From an uncultured Clostridium sp. (GTDB lineage Bacteria; Bacillota; Clostridia; TANB77; CAG-508): 46,548 bases of DNA. The DNA is taken from assembly GCA_947364715.1 (NCBI GenBank), contig CANAUI010000001.1, positions 67,157 through 113,704 of the forward strand. Reading direction: 5' to 3'. A program made the translations under genes and the position numbers. Under the pieces are notes generated by a model that worked only from the letters and a program-made list of their open reading frames with translations, did not search any database and was not told the DNA's origin. Positions 1-9,286 of this stretch are shown one piece after another; the stretch's first letter is position 1; each line of letters opens with the position of its first letter.

Positions 1-333
1 TAATTTAAAAGCTAAATTTATACTCTTTATATCTGCATTTTCTTTTAGTCCTCCAGCTTTATCAATTGCTTCTGCTATCCTACTATTTTCTTCTAATTCT
101 ACAATACCTTCCTTATTTACAGCGCCTGATACATGTACAATTATTTTCATATTTTCCTCTTTTGAATTCTCTTCTGCTTCTTCTATCTTTTCTGTATTTG
201 TTGTCATATTTTCTTCTATAGAAACAACTGTATCACCTTCTCTAGTATAGATATAGTATAAAAAGGCAATGATAATGATAGAACAAATAACTATAATTAT
301 TACTTTTTGTTTTTGGTTAAATTTATACATCAT
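1..333 (-). CDS. comEA: ComEA-family DNA-binding/competence protein, 5' part (runs off the window edge)
   Basis: Not in the ORF track; my translation from ATG 333: MMYKFNQKQKVIIIVICSIIIIAFLYYIY...IIVHVSGAVNKEGIVELEENSRIAEAIDKAGGLKENADIKSINLAFKL = N-terminal TM followed by the SLBB motif typical of ComEA. SD AGGAGG at 374-369. Confidence 0.85.
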   Translation of the reverse strand, partial: MMYKFNQKQKVIIIVICSIIIIAFLYYIYTREGDTVVSIEENMTTNTEKIEEAEENSKEENMKIIVHVSGAVNKEGIVELEENSRIAEAIDKAGGLKENADIKSINLAFKL

Positions 334-471
334 AATTATTGAATATATACTTAGATATATCCTTATTTCCTCCTCTTATAATTAATTTAGGTTTTTTAAC
401 AGGTTTTACCTATAAACCTTATATACTTATGCAAGAAATATTAACTTTCCAAAGAAATTAGGATTGCAAAA

Positions 472-478
472 TTCGACA
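472..478 (-). promoter_or_regulatory. Possible Spo0A box (TGTCGAA) in the comEA/dacA divergent intergenic region
   Basis: Perfect TGNCGAA match (ttcgaca on +) in a CpG-poor, spore-forming genome. A single 7-mer, so it may be chance. Confidence 0.3.
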
Positions 479-671
479 AAATACTATATAGTATTATATA
501 TACAACATTTATAACATAGAAAATACTATGAAACTTTTTAGTTTCGCAATCCAAAGTGAAAATAAGATTTTATTTTCAAAGGAAAAATCAATTTTTCTGT
601 GAAATGTGAGTTATTTTTTGTTTGATATAAAAAACTAATTTTTTATTTAATCAGAAAGGATTAGATTTAAG

Positions 672-1919
672 ATGAAAATACACATAAATAAAATTTTTAT
701 ACTATCTTTTTTGATATTATCAATATTATTTACAAATTTTAATATTACTTATGCTACAGACGATAATTCAAATATACCAGAAATATCTTCTAAATCAGCC
801 ATTTTAATTGATAATAAAACAAATCGAGTATTATATGATAAAAATTCAAATGAAAGAATGTTTCCAGCAAGTACTACAAAAATTATAACAGCTATACTTA
901 TATTGGAAAATTGTAATTTGGATGAAAATGTAATTGCCAGTTATGATGCAGTTGCATCTATTCCAGAAGGTTATGTATCTGCTAAAATTCAAGGTGAAGA
1001 ACAATTTACAATTAGGCAATTATTAGAAATGTTGTTAGTTTACTCTGCAAATGATGCAGCAAATGTGTTGGCAGAGTATGTTGGTGGGTCTGTACAAAGC
1101 TTTGTTTCTATGATGAACACAAAAGTTAACGAATTAGGCTTAACTAATACACATTTTACAAACACTTATGGATTACAAGAAGATAATCATTATACAACAG
1201 CATATGACTTAGCTAAAATTATGCAATATTGTATTCAAAATGATGATTTTAGAAAAATAGCTGGTAGTGTTTCTTGTTCTATACCTGCTACCAATAAATC
1301 AGGTATAAGGTCTTATACATCTACTAACCACTTGATACTTCCTAACAATTCTAACTATTATAGCTATGTAACTGTAGGAAAAACTGGTTTCACAACAGAA
1401 GCTGGAAGTTGTTTAATTTCTTGTGCTTATAAAAATGATATAGAGCTTACTTGTGTTATTTTAGGTGGAGCACTTTCTGATGATAATATTTCTTCAAGAT
1501 TTACAGATAGTGTTACTTTATATGAATATGGATTTAATCAATTTTCTTTGAAAAATATTGCAAATCCTGGTGATATTATTACCACTATAAAAGTACCTAA
1601 TGCTACTTCTGATACAAAATTATTAGATTTAGCTTTTGTAGATAGTATTAATGCATTAATTAACAATTCTGACTTACAAACAAATTACATTCCCAAAATA
1701 GAATTGAATTCAAATATTTCTGCTCCAATTGCAAAAGGTGACATACTTGGAAAAGCTGTTTATACAATTGATGATATTTCTTATGAAGCTGAAATTGTTG
1801 CAACACATAATGTAGAACATTCCCAACTATTTCAATTAATATTACAAATTGGTAGCCTATTTATTGCTTTACTAATTACTTTTGAAATATTTTTTTCGAG
1901 TCGAAAAAAGAATGAATAA
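672..1919 (+). CDS. dacA: D-alanyl-D-alanine carboxypeptidase (peptidase S11, DacA/DacB-like)
   Basis: Signal peptide, SxxK (PASTTK), SxN (YSAND), KTG (VGKTG), PBP5_C-like domain, C-terminal TM. Confidence 0.85.
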   Translation: MKIHINKIFILSFLILSILFTNFNITYATDDNSNIPEISSKSAILIDNKTNRVLYDKNSNERMFPASTTKIITAILILENCNLDENVIASYDAVASIPEGYVSAKIQGEEQFTIRQLLEMLLVYSANDAANVLAEYVGGSVQSFVSMMNTKVNELGLTNTHFTNTYGLQEDNHYTTAYDLAKIMQYCIQNDDFRKIAGSVSCSIPATNKSGIRSYTSTNHLILPNNSNYYSYVTVGKTGFTTEAGSCLISCAYKNDIELTCVILGGALSDDNISSRFTDSVTLYEYGFNQFSLKNIANPGDIITTIKVPNATSDTKLLDLAFVDSINALINNSDLQTNYIPKIELNSNISAPIAKGDILGKAVYTIDDISYEAEIVATHNVEHSQLFQLILQIGSLFIALLITFEIFFSSRKKNE

Positions 1920-1933
1920 TATAAATAATTCTT

Positions 1934-1972
1934 AAAGGCAGACAAGTCAAATAAACTTGTCTGCCCCTTTTT
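1934..1972. terminator. Intrinsic terminator between convergent dacA and LCP genes
   Basis: Stem ggcagacaagt (1937-1947) / acttgtctgcc (1955-1965), followed by a T-tract. Confidence 0.75.
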
Positions 1973-2062
1973 GTTCTTCTATATACCAAGACCCAAAGTA
2001 AAAAGTTAAAATTATAGTAATCTTAATGCTTTCCATTTGTTCTTATATATAAAACTTTACAT

Positions 2063-3403
2063 TTAATAATCTTTTCCAAGAATAATAGTTACATCAACTT
2101 TACTAGAACTCCCTCCTGAACTATTATCAGTAATCATTCCTGTTCCTACTGTTTCTTTAATATTATTTATTATATTCGTTGAAATATCTTTCTTGTTAGC
2201 AATTACTGTTTTACTAGTTGAAGTTGTTGTTCCTGTTCTAGAAACATTATATCCTTCTTTTTTCAATTTGTTTATTACTTCCTGAAGTGTTTTGCTATCA
2301 CCAGTCCCATTTAATACTTCTATCTTTATATTTTCTTTTAATGTTGTATTAGAAGTTGTACTTGTATTATCTACTATATTTGTTGTATCATCTGTTACTT
2401 CTTCTGTTGAAGTTTCTGGATAAAATAACTCTTTTACTAGTTGTTCTGTTTCTTCTTTATCAACTACATATATACTAACATGATTTGTTTGATTTAAATT
2501 AGGAACACTTCCTGGTAATGATGCTGTTTGTAAATTTTCTGTACTAAATTCTACAGCATATGGTAAATAATCTTTCAATATATTTAAATTCAAATTAGTA
2601 ATTAAATTTCTACTTGCTATATCTAATATTGAGCCTAATTTTGTTATATTTTCTAACTTTACAGTTTGCTCAATTACTGCTGTGATAAATTCTCTTTGAT
2701 TTCTCATCCTTCCTATATCATTATCACCATATTCTGGAGGAAAACTTGTTTCATCATTATTTTTTCTAAATCTTAAAAGTTCCTCTGCTTTTTGCCCATT
2801 TATTTCTTGTAATCCTTCTTCAAAATGAATGTGTAAATCTTGTGATGTATCATCATAATTCATGGTTGTTGGAACATAATATTCAATTGGTCCAATTGCA
2901 TCTACCAACTCTATTAATGCTTCTGTTTGAACAATTGCATAATATTGTAAATCTAATCCTGTTAATTTATTTACAGCCTCTACTGTTTTCATTGGTTCTC
3001 TTGTCATGTTATAAATTGCATTTATTTTATCAGATGCTAGTGCTCTTTTTGTATTTGTTCCTGTAAAAGAATCTCTTGGTATTGATAATAATACTGCCTT
3101 TTGTGTATTAGGATTATATGATGCTACAATTATTGTATCTGTTAATGCTACTCCTTCTTGGTCTGTACTAACTCCCATTAATAATACTTTAAGTTCTCCT
3201 AGATTTTTTTTAGTATTTTCATCATGTCCTACCACTGTTGCTAACATGCCAGATAAGCCTCCTCCATTTCTATGAACTCTATATGCAAACACACATCCAG
3301 CAATTATTAAAATTAGTAATACAATCAAAAATATCTTTTTCCACATCTTCATTTTATTTTTCTTTTTTGTTTTTTGTCTTCTGTTTGTTCTATTATTATT
3401 CAC
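2063..3403 (-). CDS. LytR-CpsA-Psr (LCP) family glycopolymer transferase with C-terminal LytR_C domain
   Basis: Basic N-terminus + TM; motifs TDTIIV, LLSIPRDS, KINA, LLRFR, DIGRMRNQREF; C-terminal IEVLNGT...DVTIILGKDY; GTG start with SD aggag. Confidence 0.92.
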   Translation of the reverse strand: MNNNRTNRRQKTKKKNKMKMWKKIFLIVLLILIIAGCVFAYRVHRNGGGLSGMLATVVGHDENTKKNLGELKVLLMGVSTDQEGVALTDTIIVASYNPNTQKAVLLSIPRDSFTGTNTKRALASDKINAIYNMTREPMKTVEAVNKLTGLDLQYYAIVQTEALIELVDAIGPIEYYVPTTMNYDDTSQDLHIHFEEGLQEINGQKAEELLRFRKNNDETSFPPEYGDNDIGRMRNQREFITAVIEQTVKLENITKLGSILDIASRNLITNLNLNILKDYLPYAVEFSTENLQTASLPGSVPNLNQTNHVSIYVVDKEETEQLVKELFYPETSTEEVTDDTTNIVDNTSTTSNTTLKENIKIEVLNGTGDSKTLQEVINKLKKEGYNVSRTGTTTSTSKTVIANKKDISTNIINNIKETVGTGMITDNSSGGSSSKVDVTIILGKDY

Positions 3404-3434
3404 TTATAATCCACTCCTAAAAAATTATGTAATC

Positions 3435-3463
3435 AGTATAGCAAATATCTTATTAAAAATCAA
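3435..3463 (-). promoter_or_regulatory. Sigma-A promoter for the LCP gene
   Basis: TTGATT-17 bp-TATACT with extended -10 TG on the minus strand. Confidence 0.6.
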
Positions 3464-3495
3464 CAAATAAAGACAAATTTTATATAAAACATATA

Positions 3496-3524
3496 TAGAC
3501 AATTTTTATATTTTATAGTACAAT
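3496..3524 (+). promoter_or_regulatory. Sigma-A promoter for the 3560 gene
   Basis: TAGACA-17 bp-TACAAT upstream of SD aaggagg. Confidence 0.55.
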
Positions 3525-3559
3525 ATCAAAAGATTTAAGAATATAAAAGGAGGAAAAAA

Positions 3560-4060
3560 ATGGCAGAATTACCATTAATAATAAAATATTTATTAACTGC
3601 TTTTGTTGGAATGATACCAATTATTGAATTAAGAGGTGCAATACCTGTAGGTGTATTTACATTTCATTTAAATTACATAGAATCATTTTTATGTAGTTTC
3701 ATAGGAAATATTATTCCTATATATTTTATTATAAAATATATTAGACCTTTATTTGATTTTTTTGGTAGATGGAAACCTTTTAAAATTATTATTGACTGGG
3801 CCTCTGAAAGAGCGACAAAAAAAATTGATGAAAGTGAAAAATTACAAAATTTTGCTGCTTTAGGTTTATTTTTATTTGTTGCCATTCCATTACCTGGAAC
3901 AGGTGCTTGGGTAGGCTCTCTTATTGCAAATTTTTTAGATTTGCCACCAAAAAAAGCAATTCCACCAATCTTAATTGGTGTACTTACAGCAGGTATTATT
4001 GTACTTACTTTAACTGCTATTGCTAATGGGGGAATACAATATCTATTACAAAGAGGTTAA
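3560..4060 (+). CDS. COG2426 / putative small multidrug export membrane protein
   Basis: Family motifs MIPIIELRGAIP and LFLFVAIPLPGTGAW; several TM helices. Confidence 0.85.
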   Translation: MAELPLIIKYLLTAFVGMIPIIELRGAIPVGVFTFHLNYIESFLCSFIGNIIPIYFIIKYIRPLFDFFGRWKPFKIIIDWASERATKKIDESEKLQNFAALGLFLFVAIPLPGTGAWVGSLIANFLDLPPKKAIPPILIGVLTAGIIVLTLTAIANGGIQYLLQRG

Positions 4061-4163
4061 AAGTTAAAATCACTTAATTTTATATAACTTTATTAATTAC
4101 AAATCAGTTTTTCTGTGGAATGTGTTTTCTTATATAGAAAAATTGATTTTTCTATACAAAAAC

Positions 4164-4203
4164 AAAAACGACATGATAAAAATATTATCTTGTCGCTTTT
4201 TTT
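4164..4203. terminator. Bidirectional intrinsic terminator
   Basis: Stem cgacatgataa / ttatcttgtcg (one mismatch) flanked by A- and T-tracts between convergent genes. Confidence 0.7.
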
Positions 4204-4214
4204 ATACAAATAAA

Positions 4215-5354
4215 TTATGTCACTTTTGTTCTTGCTCTATAATTTATAAAATCATCTAATACTATCTTAATAACTGCAATTACTGGTACTGCTAAGAACA
4301 TTCCTAATATCCCAAAATAGGCACCTCCAAAAGTTACTGCAAATAATACTAATAATGGACTAATTTTTAATGATTTTCCAACAATTTTTGGATTAATGAT
4401 ATTGGCATCAATTTGTTGTAATATAATTACTACTATTAGCATCCATATTGTTTGTGATAAACCACCTGTTATAAATGTAATAATTACTGCAATAGCAGTT
4501 GCGATAATAGCACCAACATATGGTATCATATTAAATAATCCAATAAAAAATCCTAATAATGGTGCATATTTAATTCCCATAATCGTCATAGCAATAGATA
4601 CTAGTATTCCAACAACAATAGCATCCAAAAATTGGCTTGCTATAAATTTAAAGAATATTTCATTTGAATTATTAAAATATCTATCTATATTTTTGTATGT
4701 TTTTTCTTTAAATATAGCTCCAGCTAGTTTTTTAAAAAAGGTTAGTATTTTTCTTCTGTCCATCAATATATATACAGATACAATTACAGCTATAAAAATA
4801 TCTACTATACTAAATATAGCACCAATTGCATTTACTAAATATCCAAATATTACTTCTACATTTAAATATTGTTTGATATCAATATTTTGCAAATTACGAA
4901 TCTCATCCTGAACAATTTGACTTTTTAATATCGAATCTTGTGGTAAATTATTATAGGTCTTTATTGCCTCTTCCATATAATGTGGTATACTACTGATAAA
5001 ATCTGTTATGTTCTCAAAAACAATTGGCAAAATTACAGAACACAATATAGAAATTGCTACTATAATAATCAAATAAACTGTAATAACACCTAATACTCTT
5101 GCTTTTCTTGAAATAAATTTCACCTTAACTTTTCCATACAATTCTTCAAATTTTCTAGATGGCATATATAATAAGTAGGAAATAAATATACCTATTAAAA
5201 ATGGACTAATTACACCAAAAAACCTATTTACTGCCACTAATACATTTTCATAATTATCTAAAATTTTATAAATACAAATTAGTAATACTCCTAAAGTAAA
5301 CCAATATAACCACTTTTTCCAATTTTGTTTTATTTCATTCATAAACTTCTCCAA
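4215..5354 (-). CDS. AI-2E family (PerM/TqsA-like) transporter
   Basis: Multi-TM; motifs FNMIPYVG, QQIDANIINPKIVGKSLKISPL, GILGMFLAVP. Confidence 0.9.
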   Translation of the reverse strand: MEKFMNEIKQNWKKWLYWFTLGVLLICIYKILDNYENVLVAVNRFFGVISPFLIGIFISYLLYMPSRKFEELYGKVKVKFISRKARVLGVITVYLIIIVAISILCSVILPIVFENITDFISSIPHYMEEAIKTYNNLPQDSILKSQIVQDEIRNLQNIDIKQYLNVEVIFGYLVNAIGAIFSIVDIFIAVIVSVYILMDRRKILTFFKKLAGAIFKEKTYKNIDRYFNNSNEIFFKFIASQFLDAIVVGILVSIAMTIMGIKYAPLLGFFIGLFNMIPYVGAIIATAIAVIITFITGGLSQTIWMLIVVIILQQIDANIINPKIVGKSLKISPLLVLFAVTFGGAYFGILGMFLAVPVIAVIKIVLDDFINYRARTKVT

Positions 5355-5360
5355 TCATAC

Positions 5361-6113
5361 TTATTCTATAATTAAACCAACAGGACAATGGTCACTTCCC
5401 ATCACTTCTGGATAAATCATAGCTTCTTTTATTTTATCTTTCATATCTTCTGATACTATAAAATAATCAATTCTCCATCCTACATTTTTTTCTCTTGCTT
5501 TTCCCATATATGACCACCAACTATAACTGTCTGTTTTATCAGGATATAAAAATCTAAATGTATCTACAAATCCCACTTCTAATAATTTTGTCATTTTATC
5601 TCTTTCTTCATTTGTAAAACCTGCATTTCCTCTATTAGATTTCGGATTTTTTAAATCAATCTCTTTATGTGCTACATTTAAGTCACCACACATAATTACT
5701 GGTTTTGTCTTATTTAATTTTAATAAATATTTTCTTATCTCATCTTCCCATATTTGTCTATAATCTAATCTTTCTAATTCTCTTTTGGAATTTGGTGTAT
5801 AAATATTTACCATATAAAATGTTTCAAACTCTAATGTAATTACTCTTCCCTCTTTATCATGTTCTTCAATTCCTATACCATATTTAACATTTATTGGCTC
5901 TTTTTTTGTAAAAATTGCTGTTCCAGAATATCCCTTTTTTTCTGCACTATACCAATAAGATTTATACCCTTCAAAATTCAACTCAATTTGTTCTGGTTGG
6001 CATTTAGTTTCTTGTATACAAAATATATCTGCATCTAAAACATTGAAAATTTCATTAAACCCTTTATTTACACATGCACGTATTCCATTTACATTCCAAG
6101 ATATTAGTTTCAT
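5361..6113 (-). CDS. xth: Exodeoxyribonuclease III (AP endonuclease)
   Basis: MKLISWNVNGIRA, CIQETK, CGDLNVAH, GWRIDYF, GSDHCP. Confidence 0.96.
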   Translation of the reverse strand: MKLISWNVNGIRACVNKGFNEIFNVLDADIFCIQETKCQPEQIELNFEGYKSYWYSAEKKGYSGTAIFTKKEPINVKYGIGIEEHDKEGRVITLEFETFYMVNIYTPNSKRELERLDYRQIWEDEIRKYLLKLNKTKPVIMCGDLNVAHKEIDLKNPKSNRGNAGFTNEERDKMTKLLEVGFVDTFRFLYPDKTDSYSWWSYMGKAREKNVGWRIDYFIVSEDMKDKIKEAMIYPEVMGSDHCPVGLIIE

Positions 6114-6153
6114 TTACCTTCTCCTCTATTACATTTTTAATTTTGCTATATGC

Positions 6154-6194
6154 TTTATGTTATAGGAAGTTCGGAGAACTTTCTATAATATAAA
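6154..6194. repeat. Palindromic repeat module C (19-bp stem, c-GGA-g loop), second copy at 14895-14937
   Basis: tttatgttataggaagttc-gga-gaactttctataatataaa; two G.T wobbles on the + strand. Confidence 0.8.
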
Positions 6195-6225
6195 ATATAC
6201 TAGAGCCTTTTAACTCTAGTATATT
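6194..6225 (-). terminator. Probable terminator downstream of the G5/3D gene
   Basis: Stem aatatactagag / ctctagtatatt about 15 nt after the stop codon. Confidence 0.6.
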
Positions 6226-6240
6226 ATACTATATATTTTT

Positions 6241-7173
6241 TTAGTTTACAACATTTACATTTAAGTATCTTACACCCCATTGTAGAGCTTCTGCATGTGT
6301 ATTAACAAATACATCAATTTTGTTTCCTTTAATTGCTCCACCTCTGTCTTCAACTGTATATATACGTCCACCAATATTTAATTTTGTTCCAAATGCAAAA
6401 TTACTAGATGCTGCAACTGTTCTTCCAGCTGTCGCTGTTGTTCCAGATGCTGTTCTTCCATTTGTTTTACCACAACATTTCATACAAGGACAATATGCTG
6501 TTATTTTATACACTGTTCCTCCTGTTGATGAAGTATTTGATACTCTTGGTAATGTCACTCCTCTTGAAGTTACTTTCTTTTGTACTTGAACAATTTTGTC
6601 AACTGGTTGTGTTACAATAACTTCTGATATAACTGTTTTTTCAATTTCTACATTATTTTGATATTTTACTTTATATGTTACTTCTTTTAGTCCATCTTTT
6701 CCTTCTTTTACAACTTTATTAGTTGTATCTGTTGATGTTCCTGTTATATTTTTTGTGATTGTTTCATAAGGTATAGTCACTTGCTCTATAACTATTTTTT
6801 CTGTGATTGGTACATAATTTTCTAATAATTGTTCTAATGAAGTTTCAATTCCTTCTTTTGAAATTTTAGAAATTTGTACCTCATTATATGATTTATCTGT
6901 TATTTTAATTGTATCTCCTGATTTTATTTCACTTTCTAAGTCTGGTATAGTTTTTTGAGATTCATTTAAAATAATATTATTTTCATTTAGTATCTCTGAC
7001 ACTTTACTTTTAGATGTTACAGTTGTCATTTCATATCCATTTTGTAATACAATTGTTATATCTTTCAAGTCTGTGTTTACAGCCATAACACTAATTCCTG
7101 ATATTAATATTAAAATGATACTTACACAGATAATCTTCATTATAGAAATTGAAGCTTTTTCTTCTCTTTTCAT
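6241..7173 (-). CDS. YabE-like cell-wall protein (DUF348 + G5 + 3D domain)
   Basis: N-terminal TM; G5-like IPYETI...EGKDGLKEVTYKV; 3D domain ITAYCPC...TASG...VEDRGGAIKGNKIDVF. Confidence 0.88.
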   Translation of the reverse strand: MKREEKASISIMKIICVSIILILISGISVMAVNTDLKDITIVLQNGYEMTTVTSKSKVSEILNENNIILNESQKTIPDLESEIKSGDTIKITDKSYNEVQISKISKEGIETSLEQLLENYVPITEKIVIEQVTIPYETITKNITGTSTDTTNKVVKEGKDGLKEVTYKVKYQNNVEIEKTVISEVIVTQPVDKIVQVQKKVTSRGVTLPRVSNTSSTGGTVYKITAYCPCMKCCGKTNGRTASGTTATAGRTVAASSNFAFGTKLNIGGRIYTVEDRGGAIKGNKIDVFVNTHAEALQWGVRYLNVNVVN

Positions 7174-7207
7174 AGAATTAAATTACCTCCTTTTGGCAAC
7201 ACAATAT

Positions 7208-7236
7208 ATTATACTATTTTTTTTATTAAAAGTCAA
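7208..7236 (-). promoter_or_regulatory. Sigma-A promoter for the G5/3D gene
   Basis: TTGACT-17 bp-TATAAT on the minus strand. Confidence 0.75.
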
Positions 7237-7449
7237 ATTTTGCTAAAATTTTCTCTTCAAAGTCTTATTTCCCTATACTTTAATTGATTTTTTGCATTAT
7301 AATTTAATAGCTTTATTTCCTTAAATCTTTATATTTGTCCAATTTTTATCCATACTATAATATATGAAAATTTTTTTAAAATATTCCTTTTATTAGTTTT
7401 TTAATTTGAAGTAATAGTTCCAATATATCATAATTTTTTAATATTCATA

Positions 7450-7478
7450 TTGTATAAAAACGATTAATATGATATGAT
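7450..7478 (+). promoter_or_regulatory. Sigma-A promoter for lemA-htpX
   Basis: TTGTAT-17 bp-TATGAT with extended -10 TG, upstream of SD aaggagg. Confidence 0.55.
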
Positions 7479-7513
7479 AAGTCTATATAATATTTTAAGG
7501 AGGATTTTAATTA

Positions 7514-8071
7514 ATGATTGGTTGGATTATATTAGCAATTTTAGTTATTATTGTTATAGCTGTAATCGCCATGTATAATGGTTTAGTTCAATCAAAAATA
7601 AAAGTTGATAATGCATGGAGTCAAATAGACGTACAATTACAAAGAAGATTTGACTTAATTCCTAATTTCGTTGAAACTGTTAAAGGTTATATGACTCATG
7701 AATCTGAAACTTTTGAACAAATTGCAAAACTTAGAACTTCATGGGCTAATGCAGAAAGTATTTCTGAAAAAGCCTCATTAGATAATCAATTATCTAATAC
7801 TTTAAAAACCATTATGGCAGTATCTGAAAGTTATCCTGAATTAAAAGCAAATCAAAATTTCTCAGAATTATCAGAAGAACTTAGAAATACAGAAAATAAA
7901 ATTTCTTTTTCTAGACAATTTTATAATGATACTGTAACAATGTATAACACAAAATTACAAGTTTTCCCATCTAACATTATTGCTGGAATGTTTCATTTTA
8001 CAGCTCGTGATTTATTTAAAGCTGAAAGTGATGAAGCAAGAAAAAATGTAAAAGTGGATTTTGGGAAATAA
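7514..8071 (+). CDS. lemA: LemA family protein
   Basis: N-terminal TM; NAWSQIDVQLQRRFDLIPN, SESYPELKANQNF, ENKISFSRQFYND, FPSNIIA. Confidence 0.95.
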   Translation: MIGWIILAILVIIVIAVIAMYNGLVQSKIKVDNAWSQIDVQLQRRFDLIPNFVETVKGYMTHESETFEQIAKLRTSWANAESISEKASLDNQLSNTLKTIMAVSESYPELKANQNFSELSEELRNTENKISFSRQFYNDTVTMYNTKLQVFPSNIIAGMFHFTARDLFKAESDEARKNVKVDFGK

Positions 8072-8078
8072 TCAAAAT

Positions 8079-8128
8079 CGGAAAGCCTTAATATTAGTAT
8101 AATTTTAACTTTTTTCTTAGGCTTTCCG
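8079..8128. other. Intercistronic hairpin between lemA and htpX
   Basis: Perfect 10-bp stem cggaaagcct / aggctttccg around a 30-nt AT-rich loop; function unclear. Confidence 0.5.
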
Positions 8129-8236
8129 TTAATTCGTTTTTGTGCCAAATTTATGAAATAAATTCGGGTACAATATATTTACTTATTAATTAATAATATA
8201 CCAATTTCCATTTAATAAATGAAAGGTCTAAAAATT

Positions 8237-9145
8237 ATGTTTGAAACTACAAAAAAAAATAAATTTGAATCAGGAATAATTATAAGTATTTTTATATTAG
8301 TAATTACACTAATAGTCTATTTCATATGCAATGCTTTAGAATTAGGAACAATATCCATTTTTATAGCTCTTATATTTTCAATTAGTTCTGCATGGGCTTC
8401 ATATTATTATAGTGATAAAATTGTCTTAGCCCTTAACAAGGCAAGACCTGCTACAAAAGAAGAAAATCAAAAATTAGTCAATATTTTAGATGCTTTAATG
8501 GTTACTGCAGGACTTCCTAATAAGCCTAGACTTTATGTTGTTGATGATGCTCAACCAAATGCTTTTGCAACTGGTAGAAATCCACAAAATGCGGTTATTT
8601 GTGTAACTACTAGTCTTTTAGAAAAATTAGATTACTATGAATTAGAAGGAGTTATTGCTCATGAAATGAGTCATATTAAAAATTATGACATTCGTTTAAG
8701 TTGTGTTGTGTCAGTTATGGTAGGATTTATTGTTATGTTATCTGATTTATTTTCTCGCACATTATTCTGGGGTGGTTTAAAAGATAATGATAATGATAGT
8801 GATAGCAAGGCAAATGGTATATTTATGATAATTGGATTGATTTTTCTAATTTTATCACCTATCTTTGGCTCTTTAATGCAACTAGCTTTATCTAGGAAAC
8901 GTGAATTTTTAGCAGATAGTACTGCAGTAGAATTTACACGTAATCCTGATGGTTTAATTTCCGCTTTACAAAAACTAGAAAATGACGAAAATCAATTAGA
9001 AACTGCAAATAGTGCAACTGCCAGTATGTATATCATCAATCCTTTTAAGAAAAATGTTAGTGATGGTAAGAAAAATTCAACAAATATATGGTCTACACAT
9101 CCTAGTACTGCTGATAGAATTGAAGCTTTAAGACATTTAAAATAA
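8237..9145 (+). CDS. htpX: HtpX-like M48 zinc metalloprotease
   Basis: QPNAFATGRNP, HExxH (IAHEMSHI), SRKREFLAD, STHP. Start moved to ATG 8237 because of SD aaaggt. Confidence 0.93.
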   Translation: MFETTKKNKFESGIIISIFILVITLIVYFICNALELGTISIFIALIFSISSAWASYYYSDKIVLALNKARPATKEENQKLVNILDALMVTAGLPNKPRLYVVDDAQPNAFATGRNPQNAVICVTTSLLEKLDYYELEGVIAHEMSHIKNYDIRLSCVVSVMVGFIVMLSDLFSRTLFWGGLKDNDNDSDSKANGIFMIIGLIFLILSPIFGSLMQLALSRKREFLADSTAVEFTRNPDGLISALQKLENDENQLETANSATASMYIINPFKKNVSDGKKNSTNIWSTHPSTADRIEALRHLK

Positions 9146-9177
9146 GAATCTTAATCTTGTTAATTTAAGCTTTGTTT

Positions 9178-9286
9178 GAACAAAAGGGGCATGATTAAGA
9201 TACTTTAATCTTTTAGATTATTTACATGCCCCGTCTTTGTTCATCCGCGAAAATTGCTTTGTAATTTTCTGTGGAATGCTTTATAT
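9178..9286. repeat. 109-bp palindromic intergenic repeat, copy 1 (modules A+B)
   Basis: 106/109 identical to 14793-14901. Hairpin A: gaacaaaaggggcatg...catgccccgtctttgttc. Hairpin B: ccgcgaaaattgc-ttt-gtaattttctgtgg. Confidence 0.9.

Noticed and set aside
2701-2716. AGG as a second shifty codon
   Set aside because: In-frame AGG-A occurs at expected Arg positions in intact genes here (LCP GGA AGG ATG; comEA AGT AGG ATA) with no break.
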